Source: Selaginella moellendorffii
Lineage: Eukaryota > Plantae > Lycopodiophyta
DNA: 64,000 nt
Direction of reading: 5' to 3'
Assembly: GCF_000143415.4 (NCBI RefSeq)
Contig: NW_003314339.1
Coordinates: 303,751 to 367,750, forward strand
How positions within the stretch are numbered: the stretch's first letter is position 1; each line of letters starts with the position of its first letter. Shown piece by piece: positions 1-10,911 of this stretch. The position numbers were made by a program, and so were the translations under genes. The notes under the pieces were generated by a model. It did no database searches and had not been told where the DNA came from. It saw nothing but the letters and a program-made list of their open reading frames with translations.

Positions 1-591
1 CGAGCTCTCTTCGATCCCGACGAGCCCGTTCTTCCCTGGGAGGTGAGGTATAGAATTCTTTGCGGCCTCGCGGCGGCGCTTCTCTACATCCACGAAGACT
101 GGGATCAGCAAGTCGTGCACAGAGATATCAAGAGTAGCAACGTGATGCTTGACGCGGACTTCAATGCCCGACTGGGAGACTTTGGCCTCGCTCGAGCACT
201 GGAGCGTGATAGAGCTGACAACATGGAATCGACCACCATTGCTGGAACGCTCGGATACATGGCTCCGGAGATCTTCCAAACGTTTTCATTCACTCCAACC
301 ACGGACGTGTATAGTTTTGGAATGGTGGCGCTCGAGGTGGTGTGTGGGAGAAAGGTGGTGACCAAATTCAACACAGGGAAGAGCTTGCTGCTTCCATGGG
401 TGCAAGACTGTTACATGGACAACCGGCTTTTGGACGCAGTGGATTTCAGACTGAATGGGGACTTCGACGCTGGAGAGGCAAGCCGAGCTCTCAAGACCGC
501 GCTCATGTGCGTGGATCTTAATCCCGCGAGAAGACCCAGCATGAGGCCAGTGCATTTCATTCTCACTGGTGATATCACTCTCACTGTTTGA
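1..591 (+). CDS. Receptor-like Ser/Thr kinase, C-terminal part (L-type lectin RLK-like); 5' end lies outside the window
   Basis: Frame open from base 1 (RALFDPDEPVLPWEVRYRIL...). Motifs LLYIHEDWDQQVVHRDIKSSN, ARLGDFGLAR, GTLGYMAPE and DVYSFG are typical of LecRK kinase domains. Confidence 0.85.
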   Translation, partial: RALFDPDEPVLPWEVRYRILCGLAAALLYIHEDWDQQVVHRDIKSSNVMLDADFNARLGDFGLARALERDRADNMESTTIAGTLGYMAPEIFQTFSFTPTTDVYSFGMVALEVVCGRKVVTKFNTGKSLLLPWVQDCYMDNRLLDAVDFRLNGDFDAGEASRALKTALMCVDLNPARRPSMRPVHFILTGDITLTV

Positions 592-616
592 GCGATCCAG
601 TGAAAGCTTTGGGATT

Positions 617-1980
617 AACTGTTTGAGGACTGGATTTTTCTTTCACGATTCCGTAGCCAAGCACGCCGTCGATTTGACCATTGTAGGCTGAAACTCTTCG
701 TCACGACAGAAAAAAGTGGCACGACATAAAAAACTGGCACGGCAGCACCCACAAAATGCTGCAAGAAATCATCTTTTTCTGCCCCAACAGGGGCGGCGCT
801 GCTTACAGGGAGGGGACTTTGTAGCGATCCAGCGAGATGTGCTTATTGAGGAGCTGAGAGGGAAGCAGGCGTGTTCTCAGCCCCTGTGCCGGCTTGGGAA
901 GATTAGAATTCTGGTTTGCGATGTTGCCGGAGAAAAACACTGGTCGCCCGCTGAGAGTGGTGGGGGGCATTCTTGTAGGCGAAGCTCAACAGATGCCGGA
1001 TGTACTGGACGAGACGACAAGGTCGAAGGGAGGATACGGGTGTGCTGTGCCAGTTGCCCAAACGGATTGATGGGGGATGGGGACGGATGGTGGAGACTCA
1101 TCATCGAGGACCTGGACTGGGAGCCCACGGCCTGCCAGAGAGGAGGGAATGGTTTCTTCACATATCAGGTGAAAGAATTGTGCAATGGGCTTATGACTAG
1201 TCGAGAACTAGCACGAGTGGAGGTGCCAAAGCTATAGGACCGATGGGTCGAATTCAGGGTGGAGGCGGACTATAGCGTTTTGGAAACTCCTGGTAACGAA
1301 CGGTTTCCCAGTAGGGCAGCGATGTCATACTGCCACATTGTCCAGTTCCACCGTAAGGTCGATCTAAGGGTCCTCATTGCACAGCATGGCAGCCATTTTG
1401 GGCTCATGAACTAAAGGGACATCCTCCACCAGAAGGAAATCACTGCCGAGACTGGCTCAAAGTGGTTGTGGTTCTGCACCCAAGCTCACCTGTTTCCACA
1501 CTCTCTGCGCAACCTCACACTCCCACACGACATCTGGGACCATTTCTATTTGTTCACATTGCTGGCGCCTCGAGCGTAGGCGGGCGACGTGCCCTTAGGA
1601 CATTGGGAATGTATGACCTCTTCGTTTTCCTTTGGTTTACGGAATCCTTCTTGCCTTGCTATGCAGAGATAATGACGAGTGACGGCAAGAAAGCTGGCCT
1701 CTCAATGGCAGTGGTGATCGCTGACTGATTCCAATGCCCTCATCGCAGTCGACGACAGGTACACTTCGTTTTCCACCTGCGCTCCGAGTCCCAGGATCAA
1801 GCTGACGAGAGGCTGAAAAAGTATTTGTGACTTCGCCCTTTAAGAATTCAGCAGTCTGGAGTGGTGACGGGTCATGCTGGCATGGGTTTGCAAATCACAA
1901 AGGAACAAGATTGACAACTTCCAGCTCAGGTCCAGTCTTTGTAGTCCACACTTGCCATACAGGAGTTTGTACACATCCTC
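617..1980 (+). pseudogene. Scrambled, interrupted copy of the 5' end of the SLAC/SLAH gene at 25633
   Basis: 617-785 resembles 25368-25562 and 1615-1812 resembles 25565-25785. 1877-1933 is the reverse complement of pieces of 25900-25993. 1954-1978 matches 26131-26156. Confidence 0.8.
786..1612 (+). mobile_element. Insertion of about 830 bp, probably a degenerate 3' fragment of an L1-like LINE
   Basis: Absent from the homologous SLAC 5' region at 25560. Translates to LDWEPTACQ..GFFTYQVK..RW and FWKLLVTNGFPVG followed by Cys/His residues, resembling the Trp-rich zf-RVT C-terminus of LINE ORF2. Contains stops; no clear poly(A) or TSD. Confidence 0.45.
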
Positions 1981-3018
1981 TAATGTACTTGCCTTCATTA
2001 GTGTAGTGGGATAAAATAGCCATTAAAGGTTCTCTTATTAAATAATTGCTCCTCTTTTTTAATTAGCTTTAAGGGGAGATAATTAAAGTGTGTTATATGT
2101 GGTATTAAAGCAATTCACACAGATTTAATTCCTATTGATTAAACCTTTGAGTAAAGTATATTTCTACCTTTAAATTTGAAATTATATATATTGAGTTATT
2201 CCTTAATAATCAATAACATTAACATCTTTGAGTGGGGGTGAATGTAGTATATATAATCATGTGATGAAATTTAGATATATGGTCATTGTGAATTTTTAGA
2301 ACTTTAGGGGATAAATGGGGATAAAAAAGCAATAATAGTGGTTAACTCTATGTAAGTGATTAAATTTTTCATTCTACTTTAGTTATTTAACCACACCTTT
2401 GGATCATAAAATTTTTTAGGTTCCAGGTTAAAATGTGTTTACTACCAAGACAAAGTCAAGATTATGGGTTTCCTTTTGTTTTAAACTAAATATGATTAAT
2501 TGGAGAACAAATACAAAAAAAGGATTTGGCAGGAAACAAAAATAAGTGGGTAGTGTGATGGAGAATAATATAACACTGCCAACAAGGCTAGTGCTGAGGA
2601 GGACAAACCTCTAGACGGCCACAATGATACTTAACACTAGAGCATGAAAAAGCTTAAGTCCTTAAACAGCTCCATGTTCACTTGTCTTGGTGTTTGTAGA
2701 GTTTCTTTCCACACTCTAGTTCCTGGAGGTGGTGCAGAAATATGATTGCTGGTATTCACTCGGAGATAGTGTGCCACCACCTTACTACAAGCTCATCTTC
2801 ACTGTCTCAGACTGTCACTTTCGGGACTTCAAGTTTCAAGGGTATAAGAAAGAAGATGGGACTGACATGGAGCCTGAAATGTCACTATCTTTCCCATGGT
2901 AAATGGAAATGTTTGTTCACAATGAACTTAATATCAAAGCTTCCGTCACAGAAACCTCTTCTGATATTAGTGTCTGAGAACAGTGAAGTTGGCAAAGCGT
3001 ATGCTAGGTGGTGCAAGC

Positions 3019-5541
3019 TCACGCAGCTCCACAGATTTGTGCCACGAGCACATACGAGCTGGCCTCATTTGGTTCCCAGTTGAGGCACGCGGTTGCAGCT
3101 CGGACACTCGTTGGAGCGTCACCGTGCATTCGACAGCCACTGAGAAGAATGGTTAGAGCTACACTGGCGTCAGACTTTTCCAGTCTTCCATCCTCAGGTG
3201 AAACTTTGCTCGACACTAGAAACTCCGCCTCGTCTAGCTTCCCAGATCTCGCCAGGAGATCCACCAAGCATCTCAAATGTTCCACGGTCGCGGAGATGCT
3301 GTAGTCTTGGGCCATGGACGAGAAGTAGCTCTTGGCTTCGTCCATCATCCCGAGATGGCTGCACGCATTGAGAAGACAGGTGAGAGATACCTCATTTGGA
3401 TTTACTCCTGCTAGGCTCATCTCTCGAAACAACTCCATTGTTCGTCTTCCATCTTTGCAACGAGAGCTCGCTCCGATCATGCTTGTCCAGGCAACCACGT
3501 CTCTTGTGCTCGCCATGCCGTCGAAGATGGCCTTGGCACTCTCGAGGCATCCACACTCGCCATACATTGTCACCAGAGCACAGGCTAGACTCATGTTTGT
3601 TTCAAGACTGCGTTCCAGAATCCTCGCATGCGTTTCTCGGCCTTGTTCAACGTTTCTGAGGCTCGAACACGCACCGAGCACGCTCAAGTACGTGAACTCG
3701 TCCGGGACGACTCCAAGCACGTTCATCTGCCAGTGGAGATTCAAGGCCTCGCCAGCAAAGCTATGTCGGGTGTAACTCGACATCATACTCGTCCACAGAT
3801 GCTCGCTGTTCTTGGAGCTCGAGAGCTTGTCAAAGACATTCCGGCCGCTACTCAGGCACCTGAATGAAGAATACGAGTTTACCAGAGCATTCGCAACTTG
3901 GAGATGATCATCGACATTAAGACAAGAGCTTGATTCCAGCAGCTCGTGAATTTGCATAAGTTCTTTCTCCGAGCGACATGCATTGATAATGTGGACGAAG
4001 GTGATCGCGTTCGGCCTCACGCCTTGCAAGCTCATCCAGCAAAATGTCTGCATGGCTTCGTCTCCGAGACCGTGCTGGCTGTATGCTCCAAGCAAACAAG
4101 TCCAAGACACCACGTCTCGTTTTTCGGGGACGATCAGATTATTTACGATGTCGTCATGCAGCAATCTCCCACACCTAGCTAGAGCTCCGACCAACGAATT
4201 CTCGAGAAGGGGAGGAATCGTGACTTTCATCTCGAGAACTTGTGATAAAATCTCTTGGACAGCGGCTGCATCGTCCCCGCAAGCACCCAGCGCGTTTACA
4301 AAGGTGAGGGCACTGGGTTTGAGGCCTTCCAAGTGCAACGCTCGAAAGAGCTCAATGGCTGTATCACACAGCCCGTGCTGGGAGTAGGCCGCAACCATGG
4401 AGTTCCAAGTGACTACGTTCTTCTCCGGCATCGCGTCAAAGATCTTCCTCGCAGCATCAACTTCGTGACATCTACCATAGGCATTTGTAAGAGCTGTTGC
4501 AACACCAATCGTCATTTCCAGTCCGGCTTCCTGGACAGAGCTGTGGATCTTCCTGATATCGGACGAAAGATCACAGCCGCCAAGAACAGCGACGAACGCA
4601 ACAGTGTCGGGCTTCACTCCTTCCAGTTCCATTCTCCTATAGGCTCGCAACGCATCCTTGCCACGACCAGCTTGAGCATAGCCATCGATCAAACAGGTCC
4701 AGGCCACGACGCTCTTGCTGCTGCTCGGCAAATCCTCGAAAACATCCTCGGCATCCTCCAGACTCCCACACTTGGCATACATGCTCACCAGGCCGTTCGC
4801 CATCTTAGCAGCCATGGCTCTGCTTCTCGTGATCCGAGTGTCCAGTTCCCGTGCCACTGTCAGGCTCCCGAGATCAGCACAGGCTTGAACGAGGCATAGG
4901 AGAGTGATATCGTCAGCTTCATTCCAGACCCCTTCCAGCTCCATCCGCTGATGGAGCTTGAGAGCTTTCAGAGGCTCTCCATTCTCGACGTGAGCTCGCA
5001 GCATCGAGTTCCAAGACACCAGATCCTTGTTGCTAATCTCGTCAAACACTCGGATGGCATCGGCAAGGCTGCCACACTTGGAGTAGAGGTTGACAAGCGA
5101 GTTTTGCAGCAGTGTGTCCGAGTGGAGCAGTCCAGTGGCGAAAATCCGGTCGTGGAGAGCTCGAGCGGTGGCGAGATCTTGCAAGGCTGCACAGGCGCGA
5201 ACCGAGTTTGCAAAGACGAAACTGTCGGGTCGGCTAGATCCATCCAGGTCCATCTCCTGGAGGAGCCGTAATGCGAGCTCCATATGCCCATTCTGGATAT
5301 ATGCGGCAGTCATGAGCGTCCACGAGAAAACGTTCCTCGTCCAAATCTCTTGGAAGACGGCCCTGGCGTCGATGATACTACCACACCTTCCATACATTTG
5401 GACGAGCAAGTTTCCAAGATAAGTGTTGTGACGGATGTCCACTCCGGACGATACAATGCTAAGATGGATGCGCTTACCTTGTTCTAGGAGATCTGGACTG
5501 GCGAGCATCTTCAAAAGTTTAATCTCTTCCAGTGGATTCAT
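3019..5541 (-). CDS. PLS-class pentatricopeptide repeat protein with truncated E extension (840 aa, intronless)
   Basis: Repeated PPR motifs (NLLVQMYGRCGS, NVFSWT, DLVSWNSM, PDxxTF), then E1-like HLRCLVDLLARSGKLDEA and terminal SSYVLV. No DYW domain. Confidence 0.93.
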   Translation of the reverse strand: MNPLEEIKLLKMLASPDLLEQGKRIHLSIVSSGVDIRHNTYLGNLLVQMYGRCGSIIDARAVFQEIWTRNVFSWTLMTAAYIQNGHMELALRLLQEMDLDGSSRPDSFVFANSVRACAALQDLATARALHDRIFATGLLHSDTLLQNSLVNLYSKCGSLADAIRVFDEISNKDLVSWNSMLRAHVENGEPLKALKLHQRMELEGVWNEADDITLLCLVQACADLGSLTVARELDTRITRSRAMAAKMANGLVSMYAKCGSLEDAEDVFEDLPSSSKSVVAWTCLIDGYAQAGRGKDALRAYRRMELEGVKPDTVAFVAVLGGCDLSSDIRKIHSSVQEAGLEMTIGVATALTNAYGRCHEVDAARKIFDAMPEKNVVTWNSMVAAYSQHGLCDTAIELFRALHLEGLKPSALTFVNALGACGDDAAAVQEILSQVLEMKVTIPPLLENSLVGALARCGRLLHDDIVNNLIVPEKRDVVSWTCLLGAYSQHGLGDEAMQTFCWMSLQGVRPNAITFVHIINACRSEKELMQIHELLESSSCLNVDDHLQVANALVNSYSSFRCLSSGRNVFDKLSSSKNSEHLWTSMMSSYTRHSFAGEALNLHWQMNVLGVVPDEFTYLSVLGACSSLRNVEQGRETHARILERSLETNMSLACALVTMYGECGCLESAKAIFDGMASTRDVVAWTSMIGASSRCKDGRRTMELFREMSLAGVNPNEVSLTCLLNACSHLGMMDEAKSYFSSMAQDYSISATVEHLRCLVDLLARSGKLDEAEFLVSSKVSPEDGRLEKSDASVALTILLSGCRMHGDAPTSVRAATACLNWEPNEASSYVLVAQICGAA

Positions 5542-5899
5542 GAAAACCCCGACAGCACTTCACAGGGCGCTGTCTTTTCGAGCAGAAAAAAGAATCAGTA
5601 GCTTAAGGAGAAGAAGTGCTCTATCCTTGGCCAATCTCTTTCGTTCTTTAGAAGAGAGAAAAATTGTGTCCGTTAAACAACGAAATGCTGAGGAAACTTG
5701 ATCCACACCCGAGTAGGCGATCTCACTGAAGCTCACGTCCAAATCCAGGAGCCTCTTGCTTTCCTTTGTCAAAGGATTTAGCTGGGAGACGAGAGAACGA
5801 TCAGATCGATAGAATGGAAAGAAGAAGAAAACAAGAACGATGCATAAGAAAGAGAAGGCCGGCCGACTGGAGACAGTCTGAGAATCTGGTACCCATTGC

Positions 5900-6270
5900 T
5901 CGTTCAAGAAGCATGGTAAATGATGGATGTCTCGGCCCCCAAAGACCACCTTCGATGATCATGGCGACTAGATCCCAGGCGGGACATCGAAGAACAAGCG
6001 TTATGCGAGCGACCTCGTTGCAGCATTCTCGTCATTTGTGCGTCGTCACAATGCCCAATCCTGGCATATGCGCTCACCATTTTCGTCCCAGTTACCACCT
6101 CTTCTCGAGAGAAATGAAGGGATTCCTCGCATCACCGATGCAATTGTCTTTGTGAATGACTCGTAAGATGATGTTCCAGGAGAAGGAATTCGGATCCTGG
6201 ATCCAATGGAAGACCTTGATCGCCTAGTCAAGATGCCCAAAACGGGCATTGCAATGTGGCTTGCTCGCCC
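5900..6270 (-). pseudogene. Degenerate PPR fragment
   Basis: Minus-strand pieces ARFGHLD*AIKVF..DPNSFSWNIIL and VVTGTKMVSAYARIGHCDDA, with a stop and a frameshift. Confidence 0.6.
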
Positions 6271-6495
6271 GGATGAGCTCGTGCCCGCTGCGCTTCCCTG
6301 TGATCGCATCCTTGCTGCAATGGTTCTAGCCACGTTGGTGCATGGAAGCTTGGTCATCCCTGGCCTGGATGACGATGAGGGCAAAGGTGGAGGAAGCTGG
6401 TCTCCTGTGCCAAGTTCAAGGATGAGCGCTCCACACAGGGATTGGACAAGGAAATACTGTGGCTCATGGGAGAGGCTTTGATCATGGTGTTTGAT

Positions 6496-7071
6496 CACAT
6501 ACTTGTCTCTGCAGCTTGTCAAAAACTGTATAAAATTGGATGCCTTGTACAATGCTCACTTGAGAAGCTGCATATTTTGCAATTGATCCACAACACCCTT
6601 GGACTTCTCTCCTTTCACTGTAACAAGATCATCGTCATCTTTCATTGTCATTGAGAAAGATGGAGAGTGGAAAGATGTCATTAAGAAAGTGTCAAATTTC
6701 TGCCAGTTGAGAATCATCCTTGCTTTCTTGGCGCTACTGGGAGCCCAGTAGCAAAGAAAGCTTTTCTTCCTCTGCCAGACATGCGTCTACCTTTTTGGAC
6801 ATATGAACAGATGGCGCAATGCTGTGTCCTCGAATATTCTGTGCGTCCGCAGCTATGGAGGGTCGGCTCTTCGTGGGTGGGTGGTAACTATAGTGTATAC
6901 AGTCCGGTCTTTTATTCTTGATATACTGAGTGTCAGATGAGCAGAACTGAGAAAGGAGAGAAGTCCAAGGGTGTTGTAGATCAATTGCAAAAAGTGCAGC
7001 TTCTCAAATGAGCACTGTACAAGGCACCCAATTTTATACAGTTTTTGACAAGCTGCAGAGACAAGTATGTG
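6496..7071. repeat. Inverted repeat, arms of about 120 bp (6496-6617 and 6951-7071), spacer about 330 bp
   Basis: gaaaggagagaagtccaagggtgttgtagatcaattgc...gacaagctgcagagacaagtatgtg on + at 6951. Its reverse complement, with few mismatches, is at 6496-6617. Confidence 0.85.
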
Positions 7072-7074
7072 CTA

Positions 7075-8080
7075 TGATAGATCACGCTGAAGAGCTACGA
7101 TTTGTTCAGACACGGGAAAGAGGAGAGAAGCTCCTTTCTCAGAAGCTGGGCTACGTGCAGAAGAGATGGAAGCGCCAAGCCGGAAAAGACGTGTTCATGC
7201 TCTCAGCCAAGGAAGCTCGGTGGCTGTCCCTCCAGCTGACAAACTAAACACGTTGTGAGCTTCCTGAGATTGCCGTCTCTGATACTCCATTTCGGTCTCA
7301 AAGCCTGCCATGTCAACTTGGACAGCATTCTCTCCTGGTGATTTCCACGATGATTTCCCGTAGGTATCGTGTCACTCCAGCTCGCAAGTGATCACCAATA
7401 ACCTGTATCGGACAAAAACTTTAGGCCGGGATCGAGCAAGATGTCGGACTTACCTTGAGGTAAGCTTTAGTCCCGTCAGCAGCTGTATAATTCTCCAGCC
7501 AGCTCAGAAGCACGTTGGATGATAGGATAGATGAGATCTATTTCGCAGTTATTTGGCACGAGAAAACATGATGAGAGGAAGGTGGAAATGTAAAAGGAGG
7601 AAGAACGATATCTACCTTTTGCAGTATTTTTGCCATGCGCTCGAGGCCAAGACCAGTATCGGTATTCTTTTGCTTAACGGTTTTAAAACTCCAAGAAATT
7701 TCCAAGATCATGGTAGGCGCAAATACAATATCAGAACGGATGGATCAAAGCAAGATTAATTACCGCATCATCGGTCCCAGCTTCTTTATTGGAATTCCTA
7801 CCTGACAGATAGCACTCATTGCCTGGGTTAACGCGAGAAAGACAGTGTCTCTTACATCGTCACGCCATATGGCGAGTCATCCATATACATGAGCAGCAGG
7901 AAGCTTCTATCTATGCAACAGATTGAAAGAATGAGAGCGACGACTGACGAAGACAAATGGCCTATATATCTTACTCGAGCTCCCAGGCAGCGTCGTGCTT
8001 GAAGTCCCTGAAGCTGAAGTTGCCCGGCATCTCAAAGAAGGACATGTCCAACCGACGTTTTCAATGTTGCTTGTCAGGGG
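7075..8080 (-). pseudogene. Alanyl-tRNA synthetase (organellar type) pseudogene fragment with introns and an internal inversion
   Basis: Minus-strand exons: SFFEMPGNFSFRDFK, LKQKNTDTGLGLERMAKILQK, VPNNCEIDLIYPII, VIGDHLRA, VDMAGFETEMEYQRRQSQEAH. The intervening EELRFVQTRERGEKLL..GKDVFML block lies on the + strand at about 7085-7205. Confidence 0.85.
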
Positions 8081-8959
8081 AAGTTACAGCGCAAGAAAAT
8101 TGTCTAGGAGCAAGAGTAGAACATTGTCTAGTTTGGCTGGAATCACCAGCAGTACTTGCCCTTGAATTGCAGCATGCCTGCATTGAGCAAGAGTGGGATC
8201 ATCTGGAACTAGGGAAGGGCCTGGCAAAGTTGATGCAAATTGTCACTCTCAACTTATCGAGTTGTGCTTGTGTGGCACAATTTCAACTCCATTTTCAGCC
8301 TTCAGGATTTGTGTTTTATATAAATGAAATTTTATTGCACACTAGATTTTCTAATCATTTCTATTGCTTCCTTCTAATCTGACTAAATGTTTTTTCATTA
8401 TAGCCACAACAAGAGGTTCTATGTGGTCTATTACTTTATATGCCTCATCTATTATTTTAGGGGGCTCATACATAACAAGAGTAGTCTTCTATTAAACATC
8501 ACTTATTTTGTTTGGTCTTGGATATATAGTTTTTATGAACTTTGGATTAAAAAGAAATAAACTTTTTGGACTACTTGGTTGTTTTGCTACTATGCCAAAA
8601 TGTCTTGCTAATTTAGAATATTATATAACATAATATATATAAGCCAAAGAGTCAACACACTTTGTCATATGTATTTGTTGCCACAGCTACTACTGTCTCT
8701 TAATCCATGCTATTGATGGCTTCTGTTGGTGTAAATGTGACCTAGAAAGCCTTACAATAGTCACAACTTAATACATAAAAGTCCATAACCAATAAACCTC
8801 CTTTTAAATGTGTATTATTTGGCATATTTGGCATTTGCTGTTCATGCTTGCTTTCTAGTAGTGGTATAAAATTATATAGTTTTCCATTTTGAATATAAAA
8901 ATTAATCTGTGAGAAAATAAGCCATGAAATATTAGTTCATATATACAACTACAACATGG

Positions 8960-9600
8960 TCTTCTTGGACTTTGGAGGTTGGGGACTACATCTATGTTCA
9001 TTTCCATTCTCAGAGATACACCTTAGGAAGGAGAGCTGTCCAAGCTTCATCCGGTTCTTTGGTCCATTCTTGGTGGTCGAGAAGATCAACAAAGTTGCTT
9101 TTTGTTTGAAGCTTCCCACCTTGACGTTTCCAAATTGAGGCGGCACTTCGGACCTCTTCCACCTTCGGCCACAGTTCCTCTTCTTTGGGTGTCTTTGAAG
9201 ATAAGCAGCTCTTCTCCAGATCAGATCCTTTGAGTGGATGTACGCCAGTTACAGCATCGAGCAATTCCTCACTTCCTCATCCATTGGCAGGGAAGGCATT
9301 CTGAAATGGACACTTGGATCATGCAGGCTGAGCTCGAATCTTTGCGTACACTTTTTCAGTGGCACCTAGTGTTCCCTTCATACTCTGAGGACAGAGTCAA
9401 GTCCTCGTAAGGGAGGGGAGTGATGTTATGGACTGGATCATACGGAACGTAGGATATATGGGACCTGGTTAATGGAGGAGTATAGAAGGTTTTTCTTCCC
9501 TTCTCTCCTTTTCTCCTTTCCTACTCATTCTCTTTCTTGTATTCCCTTTGATTCATGAGATATTGGGGAATGATAGATATTACAATTCACTCCTTACATT
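8960..9600 (+). mobile_element. Ty3/gypsy LTR retrotransposon 3' remnant (integrase C-terminus, PPT, start of 3' LTR)
   Basis: RFFGPFLVVEKINKVAFCLKLP is the GPY/F integrase motif. tgaggacag...aagggaggggagtga forms a polypurine tract at about 9409-9423, immediately followed by TGTTATGG. Confidence 0.75.
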
Positions 9601-9985
9601 GACATTGTCAATTGTGCTTCAATGTTATGGAAGGGTCCCAGCAGTGTGAGGCACGTTTCCAAGAGCAAGAGGGATGCCCACTATTGAAGGTAATTAACTT
9701 TTTGTTTATAATGTGCTAATGCAAGCCACAGTACTGCTGGCCACAGGTGCACTGTTTTGTCACAGTTTTATTCGCTTTTTTAACGACATGTGGTGCACCC
9801 AGCCTGAGATTTTCAAGAAAAAATTGAGGATTCAGGTACTTCACTTTCATTGTTAATTAAAGGGGGACATTCACAGGAGCAACAAAAACGCTCAAGGATC
9901 AAGCAGTGCTGCTCTACGCACATGAGGTTGGCAGCAATGAAGTCCAAGCTCTGAGTTCTCTGCATTGCTTTTTTAGTGAGTCTCA
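9598..9985 (+). pseudogene. Degraded 3' fragment of the orphan gene at 10912
   Basis: Similar to 12405-12790 (gacattgtca..tttccaagagcaagagggatgcccac..gaaggtaatt; ttaaagggggacattcac). Confidence 0.75.
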
Positions 9986-10095
9986 TGTTTCTTTTGTAGC
10001 TCAAGCCGAACGACAGCTAGTATAAAAGGACGGTTGTCCAGAAGAAAAACAACTACTCATTTAATTAGGATAAAACCCAACCACAGATATCCATT

Positions 10096-10240
10096 TTATA
10101 TCAACATCTTCCGAGCAGCCTTGAGCTCCTCGCCAACCTTGGAAGTGTCTTCCATAAACTTGTCAATCTGTGCTGCCGCTTGCCTTCGGCAATCGCCCAC
10201 CAATTGTCCTCTTCGACAGTCACCAGCAGCACAAGATTTC
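10096..10240 (-). pseudogene. GLT1: NADH-glutamate synthase (GOGAT) extreme C-terminal fragment, copy 1
   Basis: AAGDCRRGQ..RQAAAQIDKF matches the conserved GLT1 C-terminus, with an internal deletion. Confidence 0.75.
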
Positions 10241-10423
10241 CTGGTGCACGACTTGCAGGAGGCTGAGGGAGTAACTCTACAGCGCTCTTGCAGCCTTGAC
10301 AACTACATTCCCGTCCAGGTTCCAGGACGGTTTATACTTCCCATCGCTCCATCGGCTCATCACATGATCCAGGTGATAGTATAAAAAACTGGAAAAAAAA
10401 CCACGTACCTGTACCATTCATAT

Positions 10424-10741
10424 ATGGTTTTCATCACTCGTTCGGCCAGTGTCGTTCCTCTTCTTAAGGCAGCCTCGCCACCTTTTTCGACGATCATCTC
10501 CCACATGAAACAGTCTTTGGCGGCGGCACTGTCAGAGTTCTACCCTGTCGCTGGCCGGATTTCCGTCCGCGAGGACATGCGAATGCAGCTGGAGTGCAAC
10601 GATCTCGGCGTCAAGGCGTCGTGCAATCGCCCACTTCCCGAGGGTGACAAGTTTGATCTGGACCCCGAGTTCCCGCTGGAGCTGCCAGGGCATGAGAAGG
10701 ATCTTAAGTGTGGCCTATTCGTCCAGGTACAAAAGATCTGA
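10424..10741 (+). pseudogene. BAHD acyltransferase N-terminal fragment
   Basis: MKQSLAAALSEFYPVAGRI..MQLECNDLGV..LFVQV is the typical BAHD N-terminus. No HxxxD or DFGWG motif follows. Confidence 0.75.
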
Positions 10742-10859
10742 CCATAAAACCATACGCGTATCTAAAAGACAATGTCCTTTCAAGGGAGTTTTCGTGCTAA
10801 TACAACGAATATTCTTTCATTTTGAGCAAGCCGGGCTTAGAGTTTACGCCTTTATGAAG

Positions 10860-10897
10860 CTGAAGTTCTGAAGGTCGCGTGTTCGATCCACGCTCAC
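10860..10897 (+). pseudogene. 3' half of tRNA-Phe(GAA), pseudo-tRNA
   Basis: ctgaagttctgaaggtcgcgtgttcgatccacgctcac matches the anticodon loop to T-arm of plant cytosolic tRNA-Phe. The 5' half is absent. Confidence 0.8.
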
Positions 10898-10911
10898 TTC
10901 CTTGAGCCCTA

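Noticed and set aside
2742-3083. 113-aa ORF convergent with the PPR gene
   Set aside because: No recognisable motif or splice support; likely chance.
3008-5487. Many plus-strand ORFs of 100-214 aa opposite the PPR gene, and similar shadow ORFs over the other PPR, SLAC and RLK genes
   Set aside because: Antisense or off-frame shadows of GC-rich coding sequence with no independent motifs.
9995-10025. Possible Helitron 3' end (..gacagCTAG|t)
   Set aside because: No convincing GC-rich subterminal hairpin, and not seen at the other cassette copies.
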